Part shown: in pieces, positions 8,678 through 17,278 of the stretch | How the letters are laid out: each line of letters begins with the position of its first letter | Numbering within the stretch: position 1 is the stretch's first letter | Origin: a virus | Lineage: Duplodnaviria > Caudoviricetes | Strand: one strand, 5' to 3' | Length of the DNA: 64,000 bases | Virus record (IMG/VR): IMGVR_UViG_3300020465_001196 | The notes under the pieces: generated by a model | The model's database searches: none | What the model saw: the letters and a program-made list of their open reading frames with translations, nothing else | Told to the model about the DNA's origin: nothing | Translations under genes and position numbers: made by a program

Positions 8678-8903
8678 TTAATCTTTCCTCCTCTTCCATT
8701 CTATAATTGGCTTCACCGGCAGGTGTTCTCCAAATGTTAATAACCTTTACACGATGTTTCATATCTCTGTAGAACTCTTTCAACACCTTATGAAATGGTG
8801 TAGGTTCATCTACTTCAACTAAAGTGTATCCTCTAGTCATTCTCTCATCTTCAAGGTAATGATCTTTCTCCTTGTAGAATCTATATCTAATATGAACTGA
8901 CAT
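8664..8903 (-). CDS. hypothetical protein
   Basis: Coupled overlaps in early operon. Confidence 0.7.
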   Translation of the reverse strand: MSVHIRYRFYKEKDHYLEDERMTRGYTLVEVDEPTPFHKVLKEFYRDMKHRVKVINIWRTPAGEANYRMEEEERLNGTI

Positions 8904-9148
8904 TATCTAACTATACCTTTCTGCATTATTAAATGCTTGTCCCTTGCATCAGCAATAGGCTTGTCCTCATCTTCATCTTCTACTAAAGTCCAATAAGGTC
9001 CTCCATACATTAATTCTTTTACTTTTGCATCAACTAATCTTTCTGCTTCGACTTCATCGTCTGCACTAAAAGAATTAAATAGACTTTCTAAATGTTGTCC
9101 TTCTTCTCTAGGTGAATCAAAGTCTACTATTAATCTATATTTTGGCAT
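8903..9148 (-). CDS. hypothetical protein
   Basis: TAATG coupling; RBS GAGGAGG. Confidence 0.7.
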   Translation of the reverse strand: MPKYRLIVDFDSPREEGQHLESLFNSFSADDEVEAERLVDAKVKELMYGGPYWTLVEDEDEDKPIADARDKHLIMQKGIVR

Positions 9149-9330
9149 TACGCATCCTCCTCTTCTGTTTGATGATATCTGTCTGTAAAGTCCAAAGGTA
9201 AACCATTTGGATCGTGTTCGTCTTTTATTTCAGACTCTTTCCATGTGTTGCCATTTGCAATACTTGGTGTACCGCTTCTACCTGTTAAGGCATATATTTT
9301 ACCTGCTTCTGGTTTTCCTTTATCTGACAT
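9148..9330 (-). CDS. hypothetical protein
   Basis: TAATG coupling; RBS GGGGAGG. Confidence 0.65.
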   Translation of the reverse strand: MSDKGKPEAGKIYALTGRSGTPSIANGNTWKESEIKDEHDPNGLPLDFTDRYHQTEEEDA

Positions 9331-9857
9331 TACGCAACCTCCCCTAGTTTGTAACTTCTTTTTAATATATCGATATGATCTTTAACAGCATCTATTTCTA
9401 AAGACTTAAACGGTCCTTCAACATACTTGCCATTGTCTGTGTATATCGATTCTGAATAAAACCAAGTGCCAATTGGATTACCTAAATAATCTTTATGACC
9501 CGTATCTTTCATTAGATAAACAAATTGCTCACCCGACTTAAATCCGTTAGCAATAAAGTCTGCTTCATCTTTGTACACTTTGTACCCGCAGTTCTTCTCG
9601 CCTCTGTCTCTGCCATAATAAACATTTTGCACTTCGTATAATGGATCTTGTCTGTTGTCAAAATCAATTTTGTTTCCAACAATCATTCCCCATTTACTTG
9701 CGTCGCCAAGTTTAATTGCTTCTGTTACTTTCTTAGGGTCAGTCCAATAATCAATTAAGTTATAGCCCAAGCCGCCTGTATAGCCGTCCCAGTGTTGATA
9801 ACTTGCTATGATTCTTCCTGACTTTTGTTGTATTCCTATTCTAGCTCTAGTTGACAT
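9330..9857 (-). CDS. conserved phage hypothetical protein (TRARIG...YQHWDGY family)
   Basis: Recurrent phage N-terminal motif; TAATG coupling. Confidence 0.75.
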   Translation of the reverse strand: MSTRARIGIQQKSGRIIASYQHWDGYTGGLGYNLIDYWTDPKKVTEAIKLGDASKWGMIVGNKIDFDNRQDPLYEVQNVYYGRDRGEKNCGYKVYKDEADFIANGFKSGEQFVYLMKDTGHKDYLGNPIGTWFYSESIYTDNGKYVEGPFKSLEIDAVKDHIDILKRSYKLGEVA

Positions 9858-10057
9858 TACGCTTCCCTCCTATTTGCAAATAATATTGCAGTACCAGTTG
9901 TCATAAACGCAACACCTATACCAACCAGCATAAGCATTTCTGGTAAAGTGTTTGCAGTTTCCATACACTTGCCATCGCAGTCGTTAGCACTACCCGCCAT
10001 TACTATAAGTCCTATGGCAATTAGTATTGTTGCTAAAGTATTAAAAATGTTTTTCAT
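9857..10057 (-). CDS. 2-TM membrane protein with CDGKC loop
   Basis: Two hydrophobic segments; promoter 10083-10110. Confidence 0.75.
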   Translation of the reverse strand: MKNIFNTLATILIAIGLIVMAGSANDCDGKCMETANTLPEMLMLVGIGVAFMTTGTAILFANRREA

Positions 10058-10124
10058 TGTTTGTTCCTTTTGTTATATTATTAATATAGCATAGGTTTCT
10101 ATGTTGTCAACCATTAATTTTCCC

Positions 10125-10394
10125 TTATTTTGTGGGCGAATATGTGCCATCATCTTCGCAGTAAACCATAGGATCTACATATTCTTGCAGTTCTGCATGA
10201 TCAACAACATTAACTCTAGGCTCGTTTTTACCTACTTTAACTGTCAAGTCAAATTCAGCATTACAAGCCAAGTCAGTTGCTTCATCCTCATCCTTTGCAT
10301 CTACATCAACCCAAACAATGTAAGGTATGCCAATGCTGTATTTTTTATATGGTGATTTAAGATATGCTGTTTCTTCTTCTTGAGTCCAAACCAT
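10125..10394 (-). CDS. hypothetical protein
   Basis: RBS CAGGAGG; TAATG coupling. Confidence 0.7.
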   Translation of the reverse strand: MVWTQEEETAYLKSPYKKYSIGIPYIVWVDVDAKDEDEATDLACNAEFDLTVKVGKNEPRVNVVDHAELQEYVDPMVYCEDDGTYSPTK

Positions 10395-10561
10395 TATTCT
10401 TCCTCCTGTACATCAACTGTTATTGTATAACTAATTCCTGTTATACCAGGACTATCTTTGAAATATTTGTGTTCTCTAACAGCTTCCCATATTATTTCAG
10501 AAACTGTTTCTTTATCTCTTTTATTAAAGTTTTCGTTGATTCCTATTATTTGCTTTGGCAT
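10394..10561 (-). CDS. 55-aa hypothetical protein (not in ORF track)
   Basis: Hand-translated MPKQIIGINENF...VQEEE; RBS GAGGAGG. Confidence 0.65.
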   Translation of the reverse strand: MPKQIIGINENFNKRDKETVSEIIWEAVREHKYFKDSPGITGISYTITVDVQEEE

Positions 10562-10875
10562 ATTGGATCCTCCTCATATGGTTCCCATGGTAGCTCTCCA
10601 TCTTCGTACAGCTGAAACCATCTTCCTTCTGCACCATCAAGCCACTCATCTCTTAATTGTTGTTTAGTATATTTGTGAAAGCCTCTAAAGCCTCCCTCGA
10701 GTATATAAATTAATGTTTCGCTTTGCGGATCCATATCGTCAGTTATATCTTTGTACTCGACTTGTATCAATCGTTCAGCTAATACATAATGCGTTAAGAA
10801 GTGACCCTCCTTATCGACGATCACTTCTTCATCAGCACTACAATCTCTATAGTCTACAGGTAAGTTATTTGGCAT
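10546..10875 (-). CDS. hypothetical protein
   Basis: Start refined to 10875 (MPNNLPVDY). Confidence 0.65.
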   Translation of the reverse strand: MPNNLPVDYRDCSADEEVIVDKEGHFLTHYVLAERLIQVEYKDITDDMDPQSETLIYILEGGFRGFHKYTKQQLRDEWLDGAEGRWFQLYEDGELPWEPYEEDPICQSK

Positions 10876-11461
10876 TCGCTTCTTCCTTTTCCTCTGCTTC
10901 ATATTCAATAAGTCTTTCAACGCAACCCATATAGTCATCAATCAACTTACCATCTTCTGTATCCCAAAAGTCTGAATCTGATCTAGGTCCATCTTCGCTA
11001 CAATTATAGCAACGATCATCAAAGTCTTCATACACACCCATGAAGTCACAACCTGGTTCGTAATATACTAGACGAATTGAAACATCATCATTATTAGTAA
11101 GGTAATGTTCTATAGCCCCTAATGGTGGTGCCCAAGCACTATCAAAACCAAAGTCGACTTTCTTATCTCCATCGTCTTTACCAAATAGTTCTTCTTGTTC
11201 TTGTATTGAACCTTCGTAGATATCTACATCCCATTTGGTACCCCAATTGTCTACTCGCCAATCGTACCAGTTGTTATGTCCGTCCACGGTAGGTTGTTTC
11301 TTCATTACCTTTTCATCACTTGTGCTTTGCGTATCTTCAAGTTGTTTAGGCATTGGATAGAGTGCGTTTACGAACTCACCCTTTTTTGCACTATCAACAA
11401 GTTTGTCAACCTTTGCTTTAGGTCCAACTATTGAGATATTATTATTACACCAATTTGGCAT
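10865..11461 (-). CDS. DUF1281/Api92-like ferredoxin-fold protein
   Basis: MPNWCNN...WYDWRVDNWGTKWD...FDSAWAPP...YYEPG signature. Confidence 0.8.
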   Translation of the reverse strand: MPNWCNNNISIVGPKAKVDKLVDSAKKGEFVNALYPMPKQLEDTQSTSDEKVMKKQPTVDGHNNWYDWRVDNWGTKWDVDIYEGSIQEQEELFGKDDGDKKVDFGFDSAWAPPLGAIEHYLTNNDDVSIRLVYYEPGCDFMGVYEDFDDRCYNCSEDGPRSDSDFWDTEDGKLIDDYMGCVERLIEYEAEEKEEANAK

Positions 11462-11676
11462 TATTGCTCCTCTCCTGGTTTGTTGATTAATTGAACATAC
11501 TCACAAAAGTTATGTTCAAATACCGTAAGCAAATCATTATATGATCCTTGCATCATATCAACAACAATGCCTTCGGTCTTGTCCATAGGAAACGCAAGTT
11601 GCTTACCTAAAGATTTTGCAATCCCTATCAATGCGTATGCGTTGCCTTGTGGTCCTTGTAAGTCTATAGTTTGCAT
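11461..11676 (-). CDS. conserved phage hypothetical (IDLQGPQGNAYALIG family)
   Basis: RBS AAGGAG; promoter 11711-11738. Confidence 0.75.
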   Translation of the reverse strand: MQTIDLQGPQGNAYALIGIAKSLGKQLAFPMDKTEGIVVDMMQGSYNDLLTVFEHNFCEYVQLINKPGEEQ

Positions 11677-11878
11677 TTTTTCTGCTCCTTTTTAAGTTAA
11701 ACTATAATTAAATATAACATAGAAACCTATATTGTCAACCATTTATTTTAGTCTAAATACCCCAAAAAAATGTAATGATTTCAATGACTTACGTGAGGCA
11801 TTTTTATTAAAAAGAGGCTTGACATAACAGTATACTGTGTTATAGTTAATAATACAATTTACAACAAAAGGAGCAGTA

Positions 11879-12466
11879 ATGTATACAACACAACAAGTAC
11901 AAGCAGGTATTAAGTTTTTGCAGAATGCTAATGTTAACATGGAAGTAGAGTATGATGGTGATGAGAAGCAAATACACATACACATACATACTCCTGAGGG
12001 CACTCGTTTTTGGACTAGTGGAGATAGCATATGGAGTGACAGGGGTGTTAAAAAAGGTGTACTAGTAGAAGGTATTGGTATGTGTGCTACGTACACAGAC
12101 TACGAAGAAGACAACTATTGGAGTGGAGGACTTGCGGGCAACATTAACTATGATGGTAGTGGAAAAAACGGCACATGGTATGATGGAATTGACGATCCCT
12201 CTGCGTTAATTAATAGGAACCCTAGTAAAGCAAGTGATGGATTAATTTATACAGACTATGGCTTTATTGAGAATGCATTTAAATATATGGAAGAGCATTG
12301 CGACTTTAACAGCAAACTGTTAAGGGAAAAGTTTTTAGACTTTGACTATAGCGAACAGGGAATGCAAGATGAGGGTAACGTTAACTTAGACGTTGACTTA
12401 GATGGAGACTTTTGGATACATTGTAATGACGAGTTAGTAAAGTTTACAGCAACTAAAGTTGCATAA
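11879..12466 (+). CDS. acidic hypothetical early protein
   Basis: Own promoter 11819-11846, RBS AAGGAG, terminator downstream. Confidence 0.8.
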   Translation: MYTTQQVQAGIKFLQNANVNMEVEYDGDEKQIHIHIHTPEGTRFWTSGDSIWSDRGVKKGVLVEGIGMCATYTDYEEDNYWSGGLAGNINYDGSGKNGTWYDGIDDPSALINRNPSKASDGLIYTDYGFIENAFKYMEEHCDFNSKLLREKFLDFDYSEQGMQDEGNVNLDVDLDGDFWIHCNDELVKFTATKVA

Positions 12467-12477
12467 CACGTAAAAAG

Positions 12478-12514
12478 AAAAAGCCCCTTTGCTAAATGCA
12501 TTAGGGCTTTTTTT
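12478..12514. terminator. rho-independent terminator between convergent units
   Basis: AAAAGCCC...GGGCTTTTTTT. Confidence 0.75.
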
Positions 12515-12635
12515 ATGATTTAAATTTAATTTAAGATTAAAGGGCCGAATAGGATCAGCAGTAACATTCCTGGCACAACTATAGTCATGGGCCAGAAATG
12601 CAGTAACTCTAATAATGCACGTTTAGTACTTCTCT

Positions 12636-12977
12636 TCACGCAACCTCCAAGAAAGCTTCGTTGATTGGCTCCCAATCAATACCGTTATCGCTATAGTGCC
12701 ATACACCTTTCATGTGTACAAACAAACCTTCTAGGTTCTCTTTGTTCTTTACACCGCTGATTTGCGTACATAAAGGATCACCATAACCATCTATACCAGC
12801 ATGATCATCAACTAGATCCCATTGAGCTAAATGTACAAAGTACTTGGCATCCTTATGTGTAGGTGCAACCTTTTGCAATTGTTCAGCAAGTTGTACAGCT
12901 GAATCCTTTTGATACAATGTAGAAGTAACCGATTCACGCACATTGTAGTAACCAACTCTAAAGTTTTTTATTTCCAT
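12636..12977 (-). CDS. hypothetical early protein
   Basis: RBS GAGGA; promoter 13005-13032. Confidence 0.75.
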   Translation of the reverse strand: MEIKNFRVGYYNVRESVTSTLYQKDSAVQLAEQLQKVAPTHKDAKYFVHLAQWDLVDDHAGIDGYGDPLCTQISGVKNKENLEGLFVHMKGVWHYSDNGIDWEPINEAFLEVA

Positions 12978-13117
12978 ATGTTATATTCCTCTCTGTTATT
13001 ATTAATAATAGCACGAGTTACAGATCTGTCAAGTGTAAAAATTCCTTCCATTTTACACTACAAATTGTATTGACGTAACGTGTAACTATGCTATAATTTA
13101 AATAAAGAAAGGAACAA

Positions 13118-13330
13118 ATGGGAATAATATCTAAAGAGGCCGTAGATCTCTTAAACAAACTATGCAAATATAAATCATATACAGTACATCACAAATATGC
13201 TAGACCTAGTCGTATACAGTTTAGATTAAAAAGAGATGCTAAAAAGTACTGTATACAACATAACCTAGATCACAGTAGCAGTTGGGTCTTAACAACTTGT
13301 CATCATTATATTAAACCTAAAATAAAATAA
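13118..13330 (+). CDS. basic hypothetical early protein
   Basis: Promoter 13070-13097, RBS AAAGGA. Confidence 0.7.
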   Translation: MGIISKEAVDLLNKLCKYKSYTVHHKYARPSRIQFRLKRDAKKYCIQHNLDHSSSWVLTTCHHYIKPKIK

Positions 13331-13631
13331 ATTAGGCTCTTGACAATATAGAAACCTATGCTATTATAATATTATATCCGGTCGTAATTAACTAGAGCAG
13401 AGAAAATTTAGAAAGAAAAGATCGTTACTCAAAGGTTGGGCCGAACTCTGACCTTTTTACCATGGCACATGATATAGTCATGACTTGACTACATATTGTT
13501 TGTCGCTGTTGTTCGCCGCGGTAAGTCATTGAAATTATTAGTCTTTTTTCACACAAGATGTTGTGTCGCGTTTATCACGATGATCACTATATCTAGTGGC
13601 CAATTGTTACTGTACAGCAATGCGTACAGAC

Positions 13632-13728
13632 TGTTGTATTTTTGCAACACTCTGTGACTAATGTGTTGTAATTATGCAACACCCGAAATCTGTTGTATTT
13701 TTGCAACAGGTGTTGCAATTGTGCAACT
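13632..13728. repeat. four 18-bp palindromes TGTTG(T/C)A-N4-TGCAAC(A/T)
   Basis: At 13632, 13664, 13691, 13711. Confidence 0.9.
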
Positions 13729-13774
13729 CATCAAAAACCCCAGAATTTCTCAACCTCCCGGCCCCTTCTCTCCT

Positions 13775-13876
13775 CTTTGAACCTATCCCCTCTTTGAGGC
13801 CCTTTGAACCTCTTTGAAGCCTTTGAGTGCTTTGAACCGCTTTGAGTGTCTTTGAGTGCTTTGAACGTCTTTGAAG
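13775..13876 (+). repeat. ten CTTTGA(A/G)N units, mostly 9-10 bp apart
   Basis: CTTTGA starts at 13775, 13792, 13802, 13812, 13821, 13830, 13840, 13850, 13859, 13869. Confidence 0.9.
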
Positions 13877-14246
13877 GTGTAGCTGTTATCACCTAACCAT
13901 CCCCGTCATAACAGCTACTAGTATCTCTGGGCTCCATCATCTTTGTTGTAACACTGACCGCTGAGCATACTGAGTATACCAACTTGATCAAAACAGTTCA
14001 GCACGGTTAGGATGTGTAACTCCTTCGATCCATAATGTTATTTAATATAGCAGTATACGATCATCATGTCAACCATTTAATTAGTCTCGGAGAGACCACT
14101 AGATATAGTCATAATTAAATGAGGCCATTTTCAGAGGCTATAGGGGCCACCACAACATATAGTCATGGTGAAACCTACGCAGGTCTGGCGTAAATGACTA
14201 CATATAGTCTCGGGGTTGACAATATCCTGACTAATCCTGGGATCCC

Positions 14247-14314
14247 TACAGCGGGGTCTGTATATGTTACAGCGGGGTCTACCGGCTTTACAGCGGGGTC
14301 TTCGCTATACAGCG
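14247..14314 (+). repeat. iteron-like TACAGCGGGGTCT x3 at exact 21-bp period plus partial fourth copy
   Basis: At 14247, 14268, 14289; TACAGCG at 14308. Confidence 0.9.
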
Positions 14315-14702
14315 TATATAAGATGATCACATATTCAAGCGAACAAATGATCAGGGGCCACAATCGTATGTGCTACGCCATGCAAAGAGTGAAACGTTTT
14401 GCATAAGAGCACATATGAAGCCGAAGGCCTGTGCGAAGCACAGTTGCAAGGAAGAGGTACGCTCTGTTTGTGAGCCATATGGCCATGGTAGGAAGCGATG
14501 ATCAATGGTGATTATATGGTTAAGAGGCCATGGTTTACAGCATAGGTAATTACTTTTTTGATGGTGAAAAACGGGTAATGAGAGACGCGGTTTCTCTTTT
14601 TGAGTACCCTGTAATCATCATGCTCTGTATACTGTCTTATAGTGTTCATCTTGTACTATTCACTAGTATGTCGTATAGTGTGTCATTGAGTGTAATCGTG
14701 CT

Positions 14703-15017
14703 TTAACTAGGAAAGAAAAGCGTTTTTAATTGACGTGAATATTTCTTTATATCGTCTATTAATTCAATCTTTATTGGCTTCAAGTAGTTTTTGCAGAGAT
14801 CATACCAGTAAATCCCTGAACTTCTTAAGGCATCATTTGCACATCTTAGACGCTCTAGTTTACGTGTGATTTTGATGATTTCTCTTCTTCTAATAGTGAG
14901 GTGTTCTGCCCGCAAATTGTTGAGATCTTCTATGCAATCATCTATAATAGGACAGGTATGATCAGGGACTTTGGGTGCTTTTTTCTTCCATTTTGACCAA
15001 TGCTTGTTAGTAGCCAT
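14703..15017 (-). CDS. conserved phage hypothetical (PDHTCPIID...LRCANDALR family)
   Basis: 104-aa ORF, RBS GGGAGA. Confidence 0.7.
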   Translation of the reverse strand: MATNKHWSKWKKKAPKVPDHTCPIIDDCIEDLNNLRAEHLTIRRREIIKITRKLERLRCANDALRSSGIYWYDLCKNYLKPIKIELIDDIKKYSRQLKTLFFPS

Positions 15018-15087
15018 CAGCTGTATCTCCCTGCTAATAGTACTTAATGAGATTGAGGGTATGGATTAAAATTAATGTTAATTAATT

Positions 15088-15486
15088 CTATTGATTATCG
15101 GCTTCTTGTGCTTTTAAACGTTCGTTAATGTCCGTTAACTCTTGTTCTAAATCATTTATCATGAACTCTGCAGTCTGTACATCGTTGTTTAGTGCAGTTA
15201 CTTTGGCTTCTAAATCAGCATTATAAGCCTTCATATCTGATAATGTGTTCAAATATATAGTTGCTTCATCCTCTAATTCACGTATTTTTTTAGCCGCGGA
15301 AGTTAATGCTTTCTCTAAGGCTACGACTTCTAGTTGTACTGTATTATAAGATTGTTCTGCCGCAGTAGCAATCATTTTGTACGAACTTACTCGCGAACCC
15401 TGATAGAATATTACAGCAATTAATATGATAATTCCTATCGCTTGAGCTACACCCATTTTAAATAATTCACGTATTTTCTTTTCCAT
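15088..15486 (-). CDS. membrane-anchored coiled-coil protein
   Basis: N-terminal TM then long heptad region; start approximate. Confidence 0.7.
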   Translation of the reverse strand: MEKKIRELFKMGVAQAIGIIILIAVIFYQGSRVSSYKMIATAAEQSYNTVQLEVVALEKALTSAAKKIRELEDEATIYLNTLSDMKAYNADLEAKVTALNNDVQTAEFMINDLEQELTDINERLKAQEADNQ

Positions 15487-15578
15487 ATATAAAATATAGC
15501 AGTTTTCCAAGAAAAAATCAACCATTTATTTTCTATGCCAAAATTAAATGACATCATTTTCGGTGCTAAATATAATGT

Positions 15579-15872
15579 ATGCAAAAAAAATACCATCATT
15601 TAATTGAGAAGTTAAAACTAGATCATAAAAAATACCGTGAATTAATTAATGAATGTCATCGCATAGTAGAGAAAATACTCGAAATAGATGACCATTTAGA
15701 TGACTTGTATTCAATGGAAAACTATGATGAAGATGTTGAGCAAGGCTATTGGGAAGGCCGTGATCATTTAATGGGTCACTTAGATGAAAATTGGGATCAA
15801 TTAAAAAGCATGGGAATCACCATGAGCAAACAAGAATACTTCGACCTTATAGATTACCAAAATGTGCGATAA
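15579..15872 (+). CDS. hypothetical protein
   Basis: 97-aa helical ORF. Confidence 0.7.
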   Translation: MQKKYHHLIEKLKLDHKKYRELINECHRIVEKILEIDDHLDDLYSMENYDEDVEQGYWEGRDHLMGHLDENWDQLKSMGITMSKQEYFDLIDYQNVR

Positions 15873-15948
15873 ATACAGCAGTTAGTGGTCTAGTGGGCTT
15901 ACTCGATCACTAACAATTAAACCCTATTTTAAATAAATACTAATCGCT

Positions 15949-16359
15949 ATGAAACGATTAGATGTATCAGATAACACTTCTATTAGTATGCCAATCCGTA
16001 ATATGATTGCCATCATTGGTGCCGTATGTTTGGGTGTTTGGGCTTACTTTGGTGTTACTGAAAAGATCAATCAACATAGCACTACTCTACAATTAATTGA
16101 TAAAGAAATAAAAGCAAACACAGAATTTAGAATCAAATATCCACGTGGCGAATTAGGTCAATCACAAAACGATCTAGAACAATTTATGCTTATTGAAGAA
16201 CTATACAAGTCAGTGGAAAAAATGGAAAAAGTATTAGAATCAAATATGACTAACAAAGTTAACATTGACTTCTTATCTAAACAAGTTGAAAAGATGTTAA
16301 ATGATATTGAAAAGTTAAAAGACAAGCAAAGAGATTTTGCTAATGGAGATCACCAATGA
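15949..16359 (+). CDS. membrane-anchored coiled-coil protein, common in marine phages
   Basis: ISMPIRNMIAII TM, then coiled coil. Confidence 0.75.
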   Translation: MKRLDVSDNTSISMPIRNMIAIIGAVCLGVWAYFGVTEKINQHSTTLQLIDKEIKANTEFRIKYPRGELGQSQNDLEQFMLIEELYKSVEKMEKVLESNMTNKVNIDFLSKQVEKMLNDIEKLKDKQRDFANGDHQ

Positions 16360-16568
16360 TTGAAACAGTTGTAGCCTTACTAATGTTTATTAATAATGAA
16401 ATTAAAGAACATAGAATACAAGATAGTATGGGTGTATGTTTAAGAGGTAAACGTACAGCAGAAAGACAGTATTCAGAAGGCGTAAAATACCAATGCATCA
16501 AATCTAAAGCTGAACTAGAATTAAACATTGATGGTTCTAAAACAATTAAAGCATTAATATTAGAATAA
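16356..16568 (+). CDS. small conserved marine-phage protein ([10 protein letters not shown]...C...C)
   Basis: ATGA coupling to previous gene. Confidence 0.75.
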   Translation: MIETVVALLMFINNEIKEHRIQDSMGVCLRGKRTAERQYSEGVKYQCIKSKAELELNIDGSKTIKALILE

Positions 16569-16629
16569 TTATCTATTTGTTTTACGCATAGCAGATATGC
16601 AGATAAATACTAGCTTACCAAAGGATATT

Positions 16630-16860
16630 ATGAAAAAAGATATACACCCTGACTATCATGAAATCACAGTTAAAAGAACTGATGGCTCTACGTTTAAAAC
16701 TAAATCAACTTGGGGCAAAAAGGGTGATACCATGAATCTAGAAACTGATCCAACAGACCATCCAGCATGGAATCCTGGTAAGAAAGCAAGGATGAAAGAA
16801 AAGGGTCGTGTTGCAAGTTTTCAATCTAGATATGGTAATATATTTTCTAAAAAGGATTAG
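16630..16860 (+). CDS. rpmE: 50S ribosomal protein L31 (bL31), zinc-free alphaproteobacterial type
   Basis: [10 protein letters not shown]...[13 protein letters not shown]...DPTDHPAW...[10 protein letters not shown]; no CxxC; RBS AAGGA; start refined to 16630. Confidence 0.93.
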   Translation: MKKDIHPDYHEITVKRTDGSTFKTKSTWGKKGDTMNLETDPTDHPAWNPGKKARMKEKGRVASFQSRYGNIFSKKD

Positions 16861-16862
16861 TT

Positions 16863-17057
16863 ATGAGAGATACAAAAGGCTTAGAAGCATATACTAAAAA
16901 TCTTAATAAGAAAAACAAAGAAAAGTTACTTAATAAAGTATTACGTAGAGAAGTAGAAACTGGTGCTAATGGAACACAACAATACGTAATTAAAAAAGGC
17001 ACAAACAAAGGCAAAGTAGCCAAAGGCTTTAGTGGTAACAATGGATCAACAAACTAA
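16863..17057 (+). CDS. basic hypothetical protein (RREVETGANGTQQYVIK family)
   Basis: Follows rpmE by 2 nt. Confidence 0.7.
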   Translation: MRDTKGLEAYTKNLNKKNKEKLLNKVLRREVETGANGTQQYVIKKGTNKGKVAKGFSGNNGSTN

Positions 17058-17274
17058 ACTAGCTTCTATAATTTGGATTATTGTAGTGGTGTCTGCATTC
17101 TTTATTCTTACTGGATGTAGTGGAATGTCAGTATCAGGTAATTGCTGTGGTTCAAGCAATATTAAAATTGAAAAAACATGGGTGTTACCTACACCTACTA
17201 CGTATGAAGAAGAACGTACAGTCCACGACAAATACCCAGTTTTAGAAGTAATAGTGGAAAATCTAGCTAAATAG
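17041..17274 (+). CDS. putative lipoprotein
   Basis: TM/signal ending LTGC; GNCCG. Confidence 0.65.
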   Translation: MDQQTKLASIIWIIVVVSAFFILTGCSGMSVSGNCCGSSNIKIEKTWVLPTPTTYEEERTVHDKYPVLEVIVENLAK

Positions 17275-17278
17275 CATT

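Larger units (their letters stand above)
4138..14072. promoter_or_regulatory. battery of 13 sigma70-type early promoters, TTGAC(A/T/G)-N16-TA(T/C)(A/T)(A/G/C/T)T, mostly with TGn extended -10
   Basis: Minus: 4138-4165, 5347-5374, 6856-6883, 7001-7028, 7337-7364, 8424-8451, 10083-10110, 11711-11738, 13005-13032, 14044-14072 (N17); plus: 11819-11846, 13070-13097, 13340-13367. Confidence 0.9.

Noticed and set aside
13471-14208. Group I intron (GATATAGTC resembles the S element, GACTACA the R element)
   Set aside because: Elements are in the wrong order or directly contiguous, P/Q elements are absent and there is no interrupted gene; better explained as palindromes
13632-14314. CRISPR array in the repeat block
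   Set aside because: Repeats are 6-18 bp with 2-14-nt gaps, far from ~30-nt repeat/spacer geometry; no cas genes
14175-14406. ORFs 14175-14363 (-) and 14194-14406 (+)
   Set aside because: They merely translate the 21-bp iterons (21 = 7 codons); no RBS
15088-15486. i-spanin call for the TM plus coiled-coil protein
   Set aside because: No overlapping or adjacent o-spanin lipoprotein, endolysin or holin; preceded by a sigma70-like promoter
375-16860. Cellular chromosome origin of the window because of rplL, rpmE, suf and grxD
   Set aside because: The genes are isolated from their normal operons and sit among phage structural, DsbA-like and early ORFs
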